Of a DNA stretch of 64,000 bases, positions 32,869 through 44,064 are shown piece after piece. Numbering within the stretch: the stretch's first letter is position 1; the number at the start of each line of letters is the position of its first letter. Source of the DNA: an uncultured Methanosarcinaceae archaeon. Its GTDB lineage: Archaea; Halobacteriota; Methanosarcinia; Methanosarcinales; Methanosarcinaceae. The stretch spans positions 162,421 through 226,420 of the forward strand of contig CAVRJG010000052.1 in the NCBI GenBank assembly GCA_963721455.1, in the 5' to 3' direction. The position numbers and the translations under genes were made by a program. The notes beneath the pieces are model-generated. The model made no database searches. It was not told the DNA's origin and saw only the letters and a list, made by a program, of their open reading frames with translations.

Positions 32869-33150
32869 ATGGCTGATCATAATGAATTAAAACAAAAAAT
32901 GTATGAATGGACTGAGAAATATTCAGACAAAGCAGGTTACAGGCTTAACCCGGATAAAGAAGCTCTTGACTATGTGCTTGATGGACTTACGGTTAGGCTT
33001 GAAAAATTCGGAAGGCGTTACTGCCCCTGCAGAATAGTCACCGGAGATGAAAAGGAAGATAGAAAGATTATATGTCCCTGCATCTACCATAAGGAAGAAG
33101 TTGAAAGGGACGGAAACTGCCACTGCGAACTTTTCTTTAAATCGAATTAA
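32869..33150 (+). CDS. Ferredoxin:thioredoxin reductase catalytic-subunit-like protein
   Basis: YCPCR...ICPC...CHC motifs. Confidence 0.9.
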   Translation: MADHNELKQKMYEWTEKYSDKAGYRLNPDKEALDYVLDGLTVRLEKFGRRYCPCRIVTGDEKEDRKIICPCIYHKEEVERDGNCHCELFFKSN

Positions 33151-33546
33151 ATTGAACTCACTTAAATTCATTTTGCCTGTAAAGAGGCCCTTAATGATCT
33201 ATTTCCAGAGTTTAGGGAAACTAATTTACTAAAAGTGCTTTATCCTATCTCAGGCAGCCCGGAATTAAAAAGTCTGCATTTCAAATAGGAGAATTTGAGG
33301 GCTTGAGTTAATTTGGGTAGTGTCTGCAGGGCCCTTCCCGCCGTAATCTAAAATTAATACTGATCGATGCTGAGCATAAAAAACGAGAGTTTAAGAAAGG
33401 TTATATAGGTATATCTAATCAAAGGTCATTTGACCGAATTTTCGATTGACGCTTTTAATTTTGCTTCTTAATATATATAATTTAACGGATATCCTATTTA
33501 ATAAAGTTTAACGCAAACATAAAATTTGACTCAAGGGTGACCTGGA

Positions 33547-34011
33547 ATGACAAATGCAATGGAACTCTATCAGATGCTTCCAAAAACGAACTGCAAAAAA
33601 TGCGGAAAAACCTCCTGTATGGCGTTTGCAGTAGCCCTCATGGCCCACGAGCTCACACCCGAGGACTGCCCGCCTCTGAAGGATGAGCCGAAATACAAAG
33701 AGGGTTATGAAAAGATAAGCGAAATCTTCAAACCATCCGAAGGCGCAACCGAAACAGGGCTTATAATACATGAAGAGCTGTGTTTTGGCTGCGGAAATTG
33801 TGTGGTTGCCTGTCCTCCTAATGTAGCAAATGATCCTTATGGAGTAGGCTCGGGAAATGCCCCCACGAATATTAATAAGCTGGTCCTGACCATAGAAGAC
33901 GGCATTGTAAAAGCCCAGAACTTAGGGGAATGTCGCCGTTTCGGAAAGAACAAAATTCTCTGTAATGGCTGTATAGTAACCTGCCCTGTAGAGGCAATCG
34001 AGTTTGTGTGA
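33547..34011 (+). CDS. fwdG: FwdG-like Fe-S protein
   Basis: LPKTNCKKCG..SC N-terminal FeS domain; CFGCGNCVVACP and CNGCIVTCP; first gene before fwdB. Confidence 0.75.
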   Translation: MTNAMELYQMLPKTNCKKCGKTSCMAFAVALMAHELTPEDCPPLKDEPKYKEGYEKISEIFKPSEGATETGLIIHEELCFGCGNCVVACPPNVANDPYGVGSGNAPTNINKLVLTIEDGIVKAQNLGECRRFGKNKILCNGCIVTCPVEAIEFV

Positions 34012-34022
34012 GGTAAGCGGAT

Positions 34023-35267
34023 ATGGAAAAAAATTATCATGTATGCACAGGCTGCGGACTCCTTTGCGACGATATTGAGGTTGAGTCTGAAAAGAACATA
34101 ATAAATAAAGTTTATACAGCTTGCAGAGTAGGCGTAGCCCACATGAAAGAAGGCAAGGAGAAAGTAATTTTCCGTGTCGATAACAAGCCTGTCGATGAGG
34201 CAACTGCGGTCAGTGAGGCTGCAGCGATCCTGAAGAATGCAAAAAACCCCCTTATTTTCGGGCTTGGAACCTCCACCAACGAAACCCATAAACTGGCAAT
34301 AGAGCTGGCGAGAAAAACCAACGCAACCCTTGACGATACTTCCTCTTTTTGCCTGGGCCGCCTGGTTGAGGCTCTTATCCAGGATAAAATTAAGACCTGT
34401 ACCCTTGACGATGTAAGGAATAAGGCTGATGTTGTTATTTTCTGGGGGGCGGACCCGTCTGACTCCCATCCTCGCCATCTTTCGAAATATTCATACTTTC
34501 CCAGAGGAAGCGAAAAGCAGCGGGGCTGGGAAGAGGAGCGAACTGCAATCGCAATAGATATTCGGAAGTCCCATACCGCAAAGATCTGTGGGAATTATTT
34601 TTTCCAGATCCCGCCAGGCGGAGACACCGAGTTCATTGATGCCCTGATCGCAGGACTTTCCGGAAAGCTGCCGAAAACATCCTATAATTACCCACCCAAG
34701 AAAATCCTTGAGCTGGCAAATATCCTTAAAGGGGCAAAATTCGGTATAATTTTTGCAGGACTTGGCCTGATCTACTCGCTGGAAAACCTTGAGCCCCTTT
34801 TCAGGCTTATGAAAGCCCTGAACGAAAAAGCAAACTTCCACCTGGTGCCAATGGTCGGGCACTACAACATGCGGGGCTTTAACGAAAATCTCTTTGCCGA
34901 AACAGGATATGTGAACAGCGTAAAGTTCGAAAACGGAATCGTAAAACACGGGCCCGAATATTCAATTGTCGAATCCCTTAAAGCAAAAACCGTGGATGCA
35001 GCCCTTATCATCGGTTCTGACCCGCTTTCGAGCCTTCCGAGATCTATTTCGAAGAACCTGCTTGAAATTCCGGTTATCTCAATGGATCCCTGCGAAACCC
35101 TGACTTCCAGAAATGCAAAGGTTTACATCAACACCGCAATCAGCGGAGTTGAGTCAGGAGGCACTGCCACGCGCATGGACGGGACTAAGGTAAGCTTTAA
35201 ACCTGTTGTTGAGACAAATCACCTGTCTGATGAAGCAATCCTCAAGAAAATAATGGAGGCCCTCTAA
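34023..35267 (+). CDS. fwdB: Formylmethanofuran dehydrogenase subunit B paralog
   Basis: CTGCGLLCDD, NKADVVIFWG.DP..SHPRH, GHYN.RG and RMDG motifs. Confidence 0.88.
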   Translation: MEKNYHVCTGCGLLCDDIEVESEKNIINKVYTACRVGVAHMKEGKEKVIFRVDNKPVDEATAVSEAAAILKNAKNPLIFGLGTSTNETHKLAIELARKTNATLDDTSSFCLGRLVEALIQDKIKTCTLDDVRNKADVVIFWGADPSDSHPRHLSKYSYFPRGSEKQRGWEEERTAIAIDIRKSHTAKICGNYFFQIPPGGDTEFIDALIAGLSGKLPKTSYNYPPKKILELANILKGAKFGIIFAGLGLIYSLENLEPLFRLMKALNEKANFHLVPMVGHYNMRGFNENLFAETGYVNSVKFENGIVKHGPEYSIVESLKAKTVDAALIIGSDPLSSLPRSISKNLLEIPVISMDPCETLTSRNAKVYINTAISGVESGGTATRMDGTKVSFKPVVETNHLSDEAILKKIMEAL

Positions 35268-35665
35268 TGGATTTCGGATCTTTTCTTGCAGTTCCCGAAA
35301 TAAAAGTCAAAGTCGTAACCTACAGGGATATCTTTCAGGATAAGGCTATGATCGAAAACCGTTTTGGGGAAGAGTACAGGGACCGCTCTGCCGTCATAAA
35401 GCTGGACCCTGCAGACCTCAAACAGTTGAGCGTGAAAAAAGGCGACACTGTTATCTTGAAAAACTCCTTCGGAAGGATTGTGGTCAGAGCTGAGGAATCG
35501 GGATACGAAACTCCTCACAGGGGTATTGCATATATGCCTAACAGCCCCTGGTCCAATATGCTGGTCTCGGATGAAACCGGGGGCACAGGAGTCCCGAAGT
35601 TTAAAGACATATCTGTAACTGTTACCAGTGCAAAAGGGGAAAAAGTAACTGAACCAGGATTTTAA
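35267..35665 (+). CDS. fwdD: FwdD-like molybdopterin-dinucleotide-binding subunit
   Basis: YMPNSPWSN and ETGGTGVPKFK; TAATG-coupled to fwdB. Confidence 0.82.
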   Translation: MDFGSFLAVPEIKVKVVTYRDIFQDKAMIENRFGEEYRDRSAVIKLDPADLKQLSVKKGDTVILKNSFGRIVVRAEESGYETPHRGIAYMPNSPWSNMLVSDETGGTGVPKFKDISVTVTSAKGEKVTEPGF

Positions 35666-35768
35666 ATTGTTTCCTGATAAGGTTTGCAAATTACCTTAAA
35701 AACGGCAAAATTATTTTTATTTCCCTTCCTTTTTCAGAGCTTTCTTTAACCGTAAACAGGATGGGAGT

Positions 35769-36056
35769 ATGACTGATAAACTCCTGAAATTTACCCGGAT
35801 CTTGAAAAACGGAACCGTTTTTTACCGTTTTGAAGGTTTTGAAAATGTAAAATCCAGATGGGAGCTGCCCTGTGAGTACCTGTCTGGCTCTCACTTCGCA
35901 GCCTGGGATAAGGTTCTATTATACTCGGACGGGAAAAATCTCTTTTCACTTGCTCAGGGAAGTGAACTCTCGGAAAGGGCATATTCTGAACTGATGTCCA
36001 TTATTGGCACAGGAAAAGAGAGGCTGAAGGAAATCCGAAGCCGACACTCTTTTTGA
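35769..36056 (+). CDS. Hypothetical protein
   Basis: GGGAG SD + ATG, 95 aa, host-like codons. Confidence 0.6.
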   Translation: MTDKLLKFTRILKNGTVFYRFEGFENVKSRWELPCEYLSGSHFAAWDKVLLYSDGKNLFSLAQGSELSERAYSELMSIIGTGKERLKEIRSRHSF

Positions 36057-36075
36057 ACCTTTAACCTCAGGACTT

Positions 36076-36720
36076 TTAAAATGGTTTTCTTACAGAGGTC
36101 ACAGCAAAAACCCCTGCCCCATGTCCTTTTTTTGGAACCTCTATTTCCCTGGTTATCTCAGGCTGCTTAAAAAGTGTCTGGCAGATCTCAAGCTTTTCAA
36201 ACCCAAGTTTTACCAGATATATCGATATTTCTGTTGCCGAAAGAAAATGCGCCTCAGAAGAAAACCTGCCTTCTTTTTTTTCCGACCTGAAGCAGCGGCC
36301 CTGAGGGCTGTCCCTATCGAGTATTCCAGCTATAAGTTGTCCGCCTGGTTTTAAGACCCTTAGAGCTTCCCTGAGTGCCTGCTTCGGGTCTTTGAAAAAA
36401 GCAAGTGCAGTAACAATCAAAACCAGATCAAATTTCTCTTTTTTGAAGGGCAGAAATTCGGCAACACCAAGAACTGTTTCAAGTCCGCGTTTTTTTGCGA
36501 TTTTTGCCATAGCCCTTGACGGTTCAAGCCCGAATCCGATTCCAAGAGGAGATGCAAATCTGCCTGTTCCGGCTCCGATTTCAAGTGCTTTCAGTTTTTC
36601 CGGGTTTTCGGGAAGGAAAGCTCTCAGGGCAAGAAGCTCGGATTCGTATGCAGGTTTATATTTCTCGTACCAGGTATCGTATTCATCTGCGTATCTATCA
36701 AAGGTCTCCCATGACCGTAT
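36076..36720 (-). CDS. Class I SAM-dependent methyltransferase (probable ATA start)
   Basis: The frame continues upstream of the track ORF through FDRYADEYDTWY...ALEIGAGTGRF (motif I) to ATA at 36720, which has a G6 SD. Confidence 0.8.
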   Translation of the reverse strand: MRSWETFDRYADEYDTWYEKYKPAYESELLALRAFLPENPEKLKALEIGAGTGRFASPLGIGFGLEPSRAMAKIAKKRGLETVLGVAEFLPFKKEKFDLVLIVTALAFFKDPKQALREALRVLKPGGQLIAGILDRDSPQGRCFRSEKKEGRFSSEAHFLSATEISIYLVKLGFEKLEICQTLFKQPEITREIEVPKKGHGAGVFAVTSVRKPF

Positions 36721-36773
36721 TAAAATCCCCCCACTCCCAACTACTGATATCTTTTATCTTTCTGGAATCCTTT

Positions 36774-38174
36774 TCACCTTTTCTTACACATGGATACGGC
36801 AAGCAAACCGAGTACTCCATAGATTAATTCAAAGCCAGGCAAGCCCATGATCCCATTCTGCCCGGAAGCCGGATTCTCAGTTCCATTTTCTTCCGTAACG
36901 GCTATTATAAGGAGTTTGGAAGCAGTCCCGTTTTCATTTCCTGCAGTGAGGTTAACAGTATAGGTTCCCAACTCTGAGTAGGTATGAACCGGATTTTCAT
37001 CCGTAGAGTCGACATTTCCGTCGTTTTCAAAGTCCCAGTTTCTCCCGGCCTCATTTTGCGATAGGTCGGTAAACTGGACAGAAAGAGGAGGACAACCGCT
37101 GGTTGTGCTGGCACTGAAATTTGCAACAGGAAGAATCGGCTGCTGAAGTTCAGCGGCTACAAGAGGCAGATAATCGACATAGTCGCTGTTTTCAAGCCTG
37201 TATTTTTTATCAGCAAGGCCGTTCCCATCTGTATCAGGTGTGATTTCAGAGTGTCCGAATCCGTCGGGTCTTGCCCAGAAATTTCCTGCAAGGTAGGGCC
37301 CACCGACAATGTTTGTACCTGCGGTTTTTTCTGTACTATATATATTGTCGGTTCCGTTATTAGCTTCAGCGTTAATAGTGTTATTGAAATAATTATTCAA
37401 GACCTGGTTCCTGTCACTTTTGGGACAGATAAAAAGCCCATAAATCTCGTTTGAAACAATTGTATTATCTGAGATCTTATTGCCGTCAGAATTGCCCAGG
37501 TGGATTCCCCTGCCGTTATTGGAAGCCTCATTTCCTGAGAGAGTGTTGCTGACTGCAGTTGAAAGTAAGATCCCGTAATCTTTGTTTTCCGAAAGCGTAT
37601 TATTTGAGAGGACATTTCCTTGAGAATTAGGGAGATAAATTCCATACCTGTTTTTTGAAGCTCTATTATCTGAGACCGTGTTATAGCTGGACTGTTCGAT
37701 ATCAATCCCTTTCTCACCTCTTCCGATCAGGTTGCCGAGAATCAGGTTATAATCCGAATTCCTCAGATGTATTCCAATAGAATTATTCAACAGCCTATTA
37801 TTCTCGACAGTGCAGTTCTTGCACTTATACATATAGATCCCTGCATGGTCAATTTTTGACTCCATTATCTTAAATCCGCTAATCGTAACTTTATTTGACT
37901 CTACAGTAAACACATCTACAGCCGGGTCGTTAGCAATTATTATCGTATTTGCAGGGTTCCCGGATTCTGACTTTATTATCAGGTTATGTGTGGTTACCTT
38001 GATGTTCTCTGTATAGGTCCCGGGTTTTACAATTATCACATCGCCTGAGACTGCATTATTCACAGCGGCCTGTATAGAATCTCCTGGCTGGACGAAGGTC
38101 TCAGCCGCCGTTCCAATGCCAGAGCTTAATATCAGGATGAGAAAAACTAATAATAAAGAGCTCAATCTGCTTAT
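36774..38174 (-). CDS. NosD/right-handed beta-helix + PKD surface protein with PGF-CTERM anchor
   Basis: SIQAAV..A..GD.I.V.PGTY.EN, parallel beta-helix repeats, GNFW, PKD and LPGF+TM+KKR; start ATA 38174 or GTG 38192. Confidence 0.88.
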   Translation of the reverse strand: MSRLSSLLLVFLILILSSGIGTAAETFVQPGDSIQAAVNNAVSGDVIIVKPGTYTENIKVTTHNLIIKSESGNPANTIIIANDPAVDVFTVESNKVTISGFKIMESKIDHAGIYMYKCKNCTVENNRLLNNSIGIHLRNSDYNLILGNLIGRGEKGIDIEQSSYNTVSDNRASKNRYGIYLPNSQGNVLSNNTLSENKDYGILLSTAVSNTLSGNEASNNGRGIHLGNSDGNKISDNTIVSNEIYGLFICPKSDRNQVLNNYFNNTINAEANNGTDNIYSTEKTAGTNIVGGPYLAGNFWARPDGFGHSEITPDTDGNGLADKKYRLENSDYVDYLPLVAAELQQPILPVANFSASTTSGCPPLSVQFTDLSQNEAGRNWDFENDGNVDSTDENPVHTYSELGTYTVNLTAGNENGTASKLLIIAVTEENGTENPASGQNGIMGLPGFELIYGVLGLLAVSMCKKR

Positions 38175-38656
38175 TCCGATTCCTCCGTCCACTCAAGGAA
38201 AGTAATGAAACTTCTGCGAAACACATTTATTTATATGACTGTTTACTCGATTCCTGTACGAGCAACATTCAAGTAATCTGTATACATTTATGCATAGAAT
38301 TATGCATAGAATTCGCTTCATCTAAAAGGAATTCCTTACATAAATTCTCAGAACAGCGGAAATTATGTATTTGACAATATAAATATACTGGTTTAAAACA
38401 AAATGAGATAAAAATACCACGGGAAATTAAAAAAATAATTAAACCCGGTTAGATTAAATTAATTTTGCTGAAATTTGATTAAATTTATTGAACTTGAATT
38501 AAACTGGTTGGAATTAGTCCAGGTCTATTAAATTATGGATGGGAAAATAAAAATTAAGGTGAGGATATCAAATCCTCATCCTTCCTTTATACTAAATTTT
38601 TCTATTTTTTACTTTTATTTCTTACTTTTATTTGTTTTATTTTTTTACTTATCTGT

Positions 38657-41176
38657 TTATTTTCTTTTATGCAGGAATACCGTAAGAAGGCAAGCTATCC
38701 CGGAAATCATTTCAAATCCTGGTATGCCTGTAATTTTTCCCTGCTCGGGTTCCTGTTCAGTTCCTGTTTTCGGTTCAACTTCCAATGATGTGTTGTTCTG
38801 TTTAATAGCCTGAGTGCCAGTTTCAGGCTTTACTTCAGTCCCTGATTCTTTCTCTACTGGTTTACCTGTTATTGCAAAGAACGAGAATCCTGGCGTTTCT
38901 GCCGTGAAGTACAGGTACTTATCGTCTTCTCTTAACAGGGTTACTGGCAGTTGTGACCAATTTTTATCGCTGTACCTGTTGAGAGTGATTGAAGCCTGGT
39001 CAATCTTTTTCTCCTGTACCCAGGACTTTTCAATCTTGAAGCATACGACAGGGTTTTCTATATTGCTTGAAGTGGCATACCCTCCGTTTCCGACCCAGAG
39101 GTTGAAGTACTTGTAAACCTCTCCCGAACTCAGCTCTGAAACCAGGGTTGATTTTCCTTTGAGCAGCTCGGCAATGGTTGTGGTCTTGCCTGCAGTCTTC
39201 TTTGCATCAAAACCCACGTAAACAACACAGGTTGCGTTCTTTGTGAAATCAAACTTTACAGGTTTTCCGTTTGAGATAAATGTCTGCGAGATTTCCTTTA
39301 CCTCAACATTTTTTGCAGGTTCAGGGGAACCGCCAGCGCCGCCGCTGCTCCCACCGCTTGAGCTGCCATGTTTCGTGACAGTTATTGAGGTAGTCTTTGA
39401 GGAAGTGCCGTTTTCATTGATTGTGGTTAAGTTAACTGTATAGGTTTCAGGAGCAGTGTACACATAAACAGGGCTTGACTCGTTGGAGTCAGACTGCCCG
39501 TCGTTATTGAAGTCCCAGCTCCTTGAGGTTGAATTTTGTGAAAGGTCCGTAAACTGGACCGAAAGGGGAGCATACCCACTGGTGACACTGGCACTGAAGT
39601 CTGCAACAGGATAAATTTTAAATTCTTCTGCCGTTATTTGCACAGTTTTTGAAGCAGTGCCCTTTACATTGATTGCGGTTAAGTTAACGGTATAGGTTCC
39701 AGGAACAGTGTACACATAAACAGGGCTTGATTCGTTGGATTCAGACCGCCCGTCGTTATTGAAGTCCCAGCTCCTTGAGGTTGAATTTTGTGAAAGGTCC
39801 GTAAACTGGACTGAGAAAGGAGCATAACCGCTCGTCGCATTGACGCTGAAGTCTGCAACAGGATAAATTTCAAATTCTTCTGCCATTATTTGTACAGTTT
39901 TTGAAGCAGTGCCGTTTACATTGCTTACTGTAAGTTTAGCGGTATAGTTTTCTGGAATTGTATACGTGTGAACCGGATTTTTGTCTAAAGAGTCTATATT
40001 TCCGTCATTTTCAAAGTCCCATCTCCATGAAATTGCATTTTGCGACAGGTCAGTAAACTGGACAGAAAGAGGGGCATACCCACTGGTGACGCTGGCGCTG
40101 AAGTCTGCAACAGGCAGGGTTGAGTTGGAAACAGGTACAAGAGGCAGGTTATCTGAAATGTAGCCTGAGTCGTCAATATATGAGGAATCGGCAATTCCGT
40201 CCCTGTCTGCATCGGTTGCCTTCTGGGAGAATCCGGTACCTTCAGGATTTGCCCAGAAATTACCTCCTATATACTGTCCACCGACAATATTTCTGCCAGA
40301 AATTTTTGCTACATTCCAGGTAGTATCTCTTGTGTTGATATTTGCATTACGATCGTTATTTATGTAATTATTGTACACAAGGTTATTATGGCAGGCCGGG
40401 CACTCAAATAAGCCGTAGCCGTCAGTAAAAGCGACAATGTTTCCGGAGATTGTGTTCCCTATGGCAGAATTTAGATGGATACCCCCACTACCGGTTGTGC
40501 CATCACCACATTCGTTAACAGTGTTCCCTGAAATATTGTTATCGTTAGATAGTGAAATCCACATTCCATATTGACTATTATTCAAAGCAATATTGTCTAA
40601 AATTGTGTTTTTATTTGAGGTTTCAGAGTAAATGCCTCTTTTATTCAAATTTAAACTATTGTTTAAGAGAGTATTCCCTTCAGAGTTCTTGAGCTGAATC
40701 CCATACAGGCTGTTCGAGTTTGCTCGGTTTCCCGATATCTCGTTGTTATTCGAGATATTAAGATATATCCCAATCTTATTATCCGAAAGATCATTATTAG
40801 TAATTGTGCAATCACTGCATCCAGCCAGATAGATCGCTGTTTCCCCGGATTCAATCTTAAACCCGCTAATTATCGTATTACTTGCTCTAACAGAGAATCC
40901 AGTTGTTGAGTCAGTCCTGATTATCGTATCTGCAGGATTTCCGGATTCTGATTTGATTATTAGATTTGGTTTTTGTGTACTGATTCTGATATTTTCGGTA
41001 TAAGTTCCAGGCTTAACGATAATTTCATCGCCTGAACTCGCATTATCCACCGCGGCTTTTATTGTCGAATAGTTTGCCGTTCCATCATCATCTACAGAAA
41101 TTGTTGTAGCTGCCCCGATTCCGGAGCCGAATGCAAAGATCAGCATAACTATCAGCAGGATGATTAATTTGTTCAT
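38657..41176 (-). CDS. NosD + 3xPKD + PGF-pre-PGF surface protein with PGF-CTERM
   Basis: MNKLII signal peptide, beta-helix, three PVADF...PLSVQFTD repeats, GGSPEPAKNVEVKE and IPGF. Confidence 0.9.
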   Translation of the reverse strand: MNKLIILLIVMLIFAFGSGIGAATTISVDDDGTANYSTIKAAVDNASSGDEIIVKPGTYTENIRISTQKPNLIIKSESGNPADTIIRTDSTTGFSVRASNTIISGFKIESGETAIYLAGCSDCTITNNDLSDNKIGIYLNISNNNEISGNRANSNSLYGIQLKNSEGNTLLNNSLNLNKRGIYSETSNKNTILDNIALNNSQYGMWISLSNDNNISGNTVNECGDGTTGSGGIHLNSAIGNTISGNIVAFTDGYGLFECPACHNNLVYNNYINNDRNANINTRDTTWNVAKISGRNIVGGQYIGGNFWANPEGTGFSQKATDADRDGIADSSYIDDSGYISDNLPLVPVSNSTLPVADFSASVTSGYAPLSVQFTDLSQNAISWRWDFENDGNIDSLDKNPVHTYTIPENYTAKLTVSNVNGTASKTVQIMAEEFEIYPVADFSVNATSGYAPFSVQFTDLSQNSTSRSWDFNNDGRSESNESSPVYVYTVPGTYTVNLTAINVKGTASKTVQITAEEFKIYPVADFSASVTSGYAPLSVQFTDLSQNSTSRSWDFNNDGQSDSNESSPVYVYTAPETYTVNLTTINENGTSSKTTSITVTKHGSSSGGSSGGAGGSPEPAKNVEVKEISQTFISNGKPVKFDFTKNATCVVYVGFDAKKTAGKTTTIAELLKGKSTLVSELSSGEVYKYFNLWVGNGGYATSSNIENPVVCFKIEKSWVQEKKIDQASITLNRYSDKNWSQLPVTLLREDDKYLYFTAETPGFSFFAITGKPVEKESGTEVKPETGTQAIKQNNTSLEVEPKTGTEQEPEQGKITGIPGFEMISGIACLLTVFLHKRK

Positions 41177-41817
41177 TTTAATTCCCCAATATAAATGTGA
41201 AATTTCACTGAAACTTGTTTTAATAATGGAGAAATTAAACACGAAACAATATAAATATATTGATCCAGTTGATTTCCAGATGAAGCTGTAAAAATGAGAA
41301 AAATATAAAGCCCTGTCCCAGTTAATCTTAATTTACCGGAGGCAATTCAGGAGTTTTTCTTCTCCACTGCTCCAAAAGTATCTATTTATCTAATAAGCCA
41401 GATGGCAACGATTTTTGATAAATCCTGATTATTTTCACCTTTTTAAGTTTGTAACTGTTCAGTTATTGGAAACTGAGTAAATTCTACAGCCTGGGAATTC
41501 CAGTTTTCTCTCAAATGCCATTAACACTGTGAACTGGTCGTATAATTTGCAAGATTGAACTTAAAATATTATAAAAGTATGCTTAACAAGCTGCATTTAT
41601 CCATATATTTTTATTTCCCTGCAAGAGGGCATTTTTGTCCTGCCCGAAAAGAGAATTGTGAGAACTCAACATTAAGATCTCGAGAAAAGGTTAAAAAATA
41701 CTTGGAAAAAAAATACTTGGAAAAAGTAAAAATAGGGTAGAGGAGTCAAACCCTCGTCCCAAACCTTTAGCCTGCTGTTTTTATCCATTGTATTATTCAG
41801 GCTGCTTCGAATTGAAT

Positions 41818-43848
41818 TTACATCATTTCCGTTTCATCAATGTCCATTTCGGTTTCGTTGTTAATGTCCATTTCAGTTTCGTTAATTTTCATTTCTATCT
41901 CGTTGACAGCTGTTTCCTTTTCGTTTGTTGTTATTTTCTTTTCGTTGGTACTTGTGGCTTTGCTGGTATTGAGGTCTTCTACAGGCACTACAGGCCGTTT
42001 CGGTTCACCGCCACCTGCGAGAGGCAGGAAATCCGTATAGTTGTTGTTGCCTGAGAGTTTATAAACCGTGTCAGCAATGCCGTCCCCATCCTCATCCGAT
42101 GCGGTCTGGGAAAATCCGGTACCGTCAGGCTTTGCCCAGAAGTTACCTCCTATGTATGGCCCACCGACGATATTAGTACCAGCGGTCTTTGTTGTATTCC
42201 AGACGTTTCCTTCACTTCCATCTTTAACGTCTGCATTAAATACGTTATTCAGGTAGTTATCGAAGACGACATTGTTATTGCTCGTAGAACTTACAAAAAT
42301 TCCGGAAATGTTGTTCAAAGCAATAATGTTTCCTGAGACGATGTTGCTTTGAGAGGTGCTCAGGTGAATACCCCGGCTGCTGTTGGAAGCTTCGTTTCCT
42401 AAAATTTTGTTGCCTGTACAGTACGATAGCAAGACCGCATATTCTCTGTTATCCTGAATCGTATTGTTTAAAATATTGTTTCCACTGGACGATATCAGGT
42501 AAATACCTCTGCCGTTGCTGGAAGCTATATTATTGCCGAAGGTATTACTGCTCGAATTGGTCAGATAAACCCCATGGTCCCCATTTGAGGTTAGAATATT
42601 ATTTATAAATTCGTTATCACTGGAATTTACCAGAACAACACCATGGTTAACGCTTGTACCTGCCGTATTGTTTAAGAGCATATTCCACTGAGAGCGCAGG
42701 ACATACATTCCATACCTGTTGTTTAAAGCCGTGTTGTTTGATACTATATTGTAACCTGAATCCTCAAGGTTAATTCCCCTGCCGCCTTCTCGGACACCGT
42801 TATTAAGGATAATGCTGTTATTCGAGAAAGCCAGATCTATCCCGATAGTGTTATTTACCAATATATTCTCAGTGATGGTACAGTTATCAGAGTTAAATAA
42901 AGAGACGCCTGAGACGTTGTTGTTCGAGACATCATTGCCGAAGATGTTGCTATTCCCTCCTGATGAGATCCGGATACCATTCCCGTTATTTGAAACCATA
43001 TTACCCGAAACCATACTTTCGCTGGATCTTAACAGGAAAATGCCTCTGTTACTGTTGACTGCTGTGTTGTGTGCAACGTTATTTTTATTGGAATCCACAA
43101 AACAGATACCATAAATTATGTTTGAGTCTGCTTTGTTACCGGTCAGATTGTTATTACCGGAACCAACTATGTAGATACCATAGCCTCTGTTTGAATTTGC
43201 CGTGTTGTTTTCCAGCTTGTTATTGTTGCAATTTTCAAGGACAATACCATGGTTAGAGTTCGTATTTGCCATGTTTTTTGAAAGCTCGTTCCCTTCAGAA
43301 CCAGTCATATAAATTCCAAACCTCTGGTTTGAAACATTATTATTTAATATTGTATTATAGCTTGACCTCTCAATGTTAATTCCTCTCTTGCCCTCTGATG
43401 CCGTATTATTGAGGATATTATTGTACGTTGAATCTTTCAGGTATATTCCAAGGGCATTATCAACGAGTTTGTTATTCTCGATGGTACAATTATTAGACCC
43501 GGAGAGCTGGATTCCTGACCTGTCAATCTCAACTCCCATAATACTTAGTCCCATAATTGTTACGTTATCTGCATCTATATAGAATACATCTGTAGCGTTA
43601 TTATTTGCCATAATTAGTGTGTCTTCAGGGTTCTTAGACTCTGATCTTATTACGAGATTATCCTTTGTTACTACAATATTATCTGTATAAGTTCCGGGAC
43701 TTATGACTATTTCATCTCCTGAACTTGCATTATTTACTACGGACTGTATTGATTCACCTGGCTGGACGGTGATCTCAAGCGCAGCGCCGATACTCGATCC
43801 CAACGTAAAAATAAAAAAGATTGCAGCTAAAGTGACAAACTTGTTTAT
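41818..43848 (-). CDS. Long NosD/beta-helix secreted protein without PKD or PGF anchor (probable ATA start)
   Basis: Extended beta-helix repeats; signal (I/M)NKFVTLAAIFFIFTLG starts at ATA 43848, directly after an in-frame TAA; C-terminal ETEMDIN repeats. Confidence 0.85.
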   Translation of the reverse strand: MNKFVTLAAIFFIFTLGSSIGAALEITVQPGESIQSVVNNASSGDEIVISPGTYTDNIVVTKDNLVIRSESKNPEDTLIMANNNATDVFYIDADNVTIMGLSIMGVEIDRSGIQLSGSNNCTIENNKLVDNALGIYLKDSTYNNILNNTASEGKRGINIERSSYNTILNNNVSNQRFGIYMTGSEGNELSKNMANTNSNHGIVLENCNNNKLENNTANSNRGYGIYIVGSGNNNLTGNKADSNIIYGICFVDSNKNNVAHNTAVNSNRGIFLLRSSESMVSGNMVSNNGNGIRISSGGNSNIFGNDVSNNNVSGVSLFNSDNCTITENILVNNTIGIDLAFSNNSIILNNGVREGGRGINLEDSGYNIVSNNTALNNRYGMYVLRSQWNMLLNNTAGTSVNHGVVLVNSSDNEFINNILTSNGDHGVYLTNSSSNTFGNNIASSNGRGIYLISSSGNNILNNTIQDNREYAVLLSYCTGNKILGNEASNSSRGIHLSTSQSNIVSGNIIALNNISGIFVSSTSNNNVVFDNYLNNVFNADVKDGSEGNVWNTTKTAGTNIVGGPYIGGNFWAKPDGTGFSQTASDEDGDGIADTVYKLSGNNNYTDFLPLAGGGEPKRPVVPVEDLNTSKATSTNEKKITTNEKETAVNEIEMKINETEMDINNETEMDIDETEMM

Positions 43849-44064
43849 TTAAATCCCCCACCTTTTATGTAAATTATTATTTAAATTTCTATTAATGAAT
43901 CAGAGTTTAAACATTAAATGATATATATTTATTGGATCATAATAATATCAGGTTAAAGACATAAAAATATACAGTAAACAGCAATCACTAGCCAGCTTAG
44001 CGAAATAAGTCATATCATTTTTTCACATATTTCAGGTTAACTTTAATAAAATAGCAAGCTGGAG

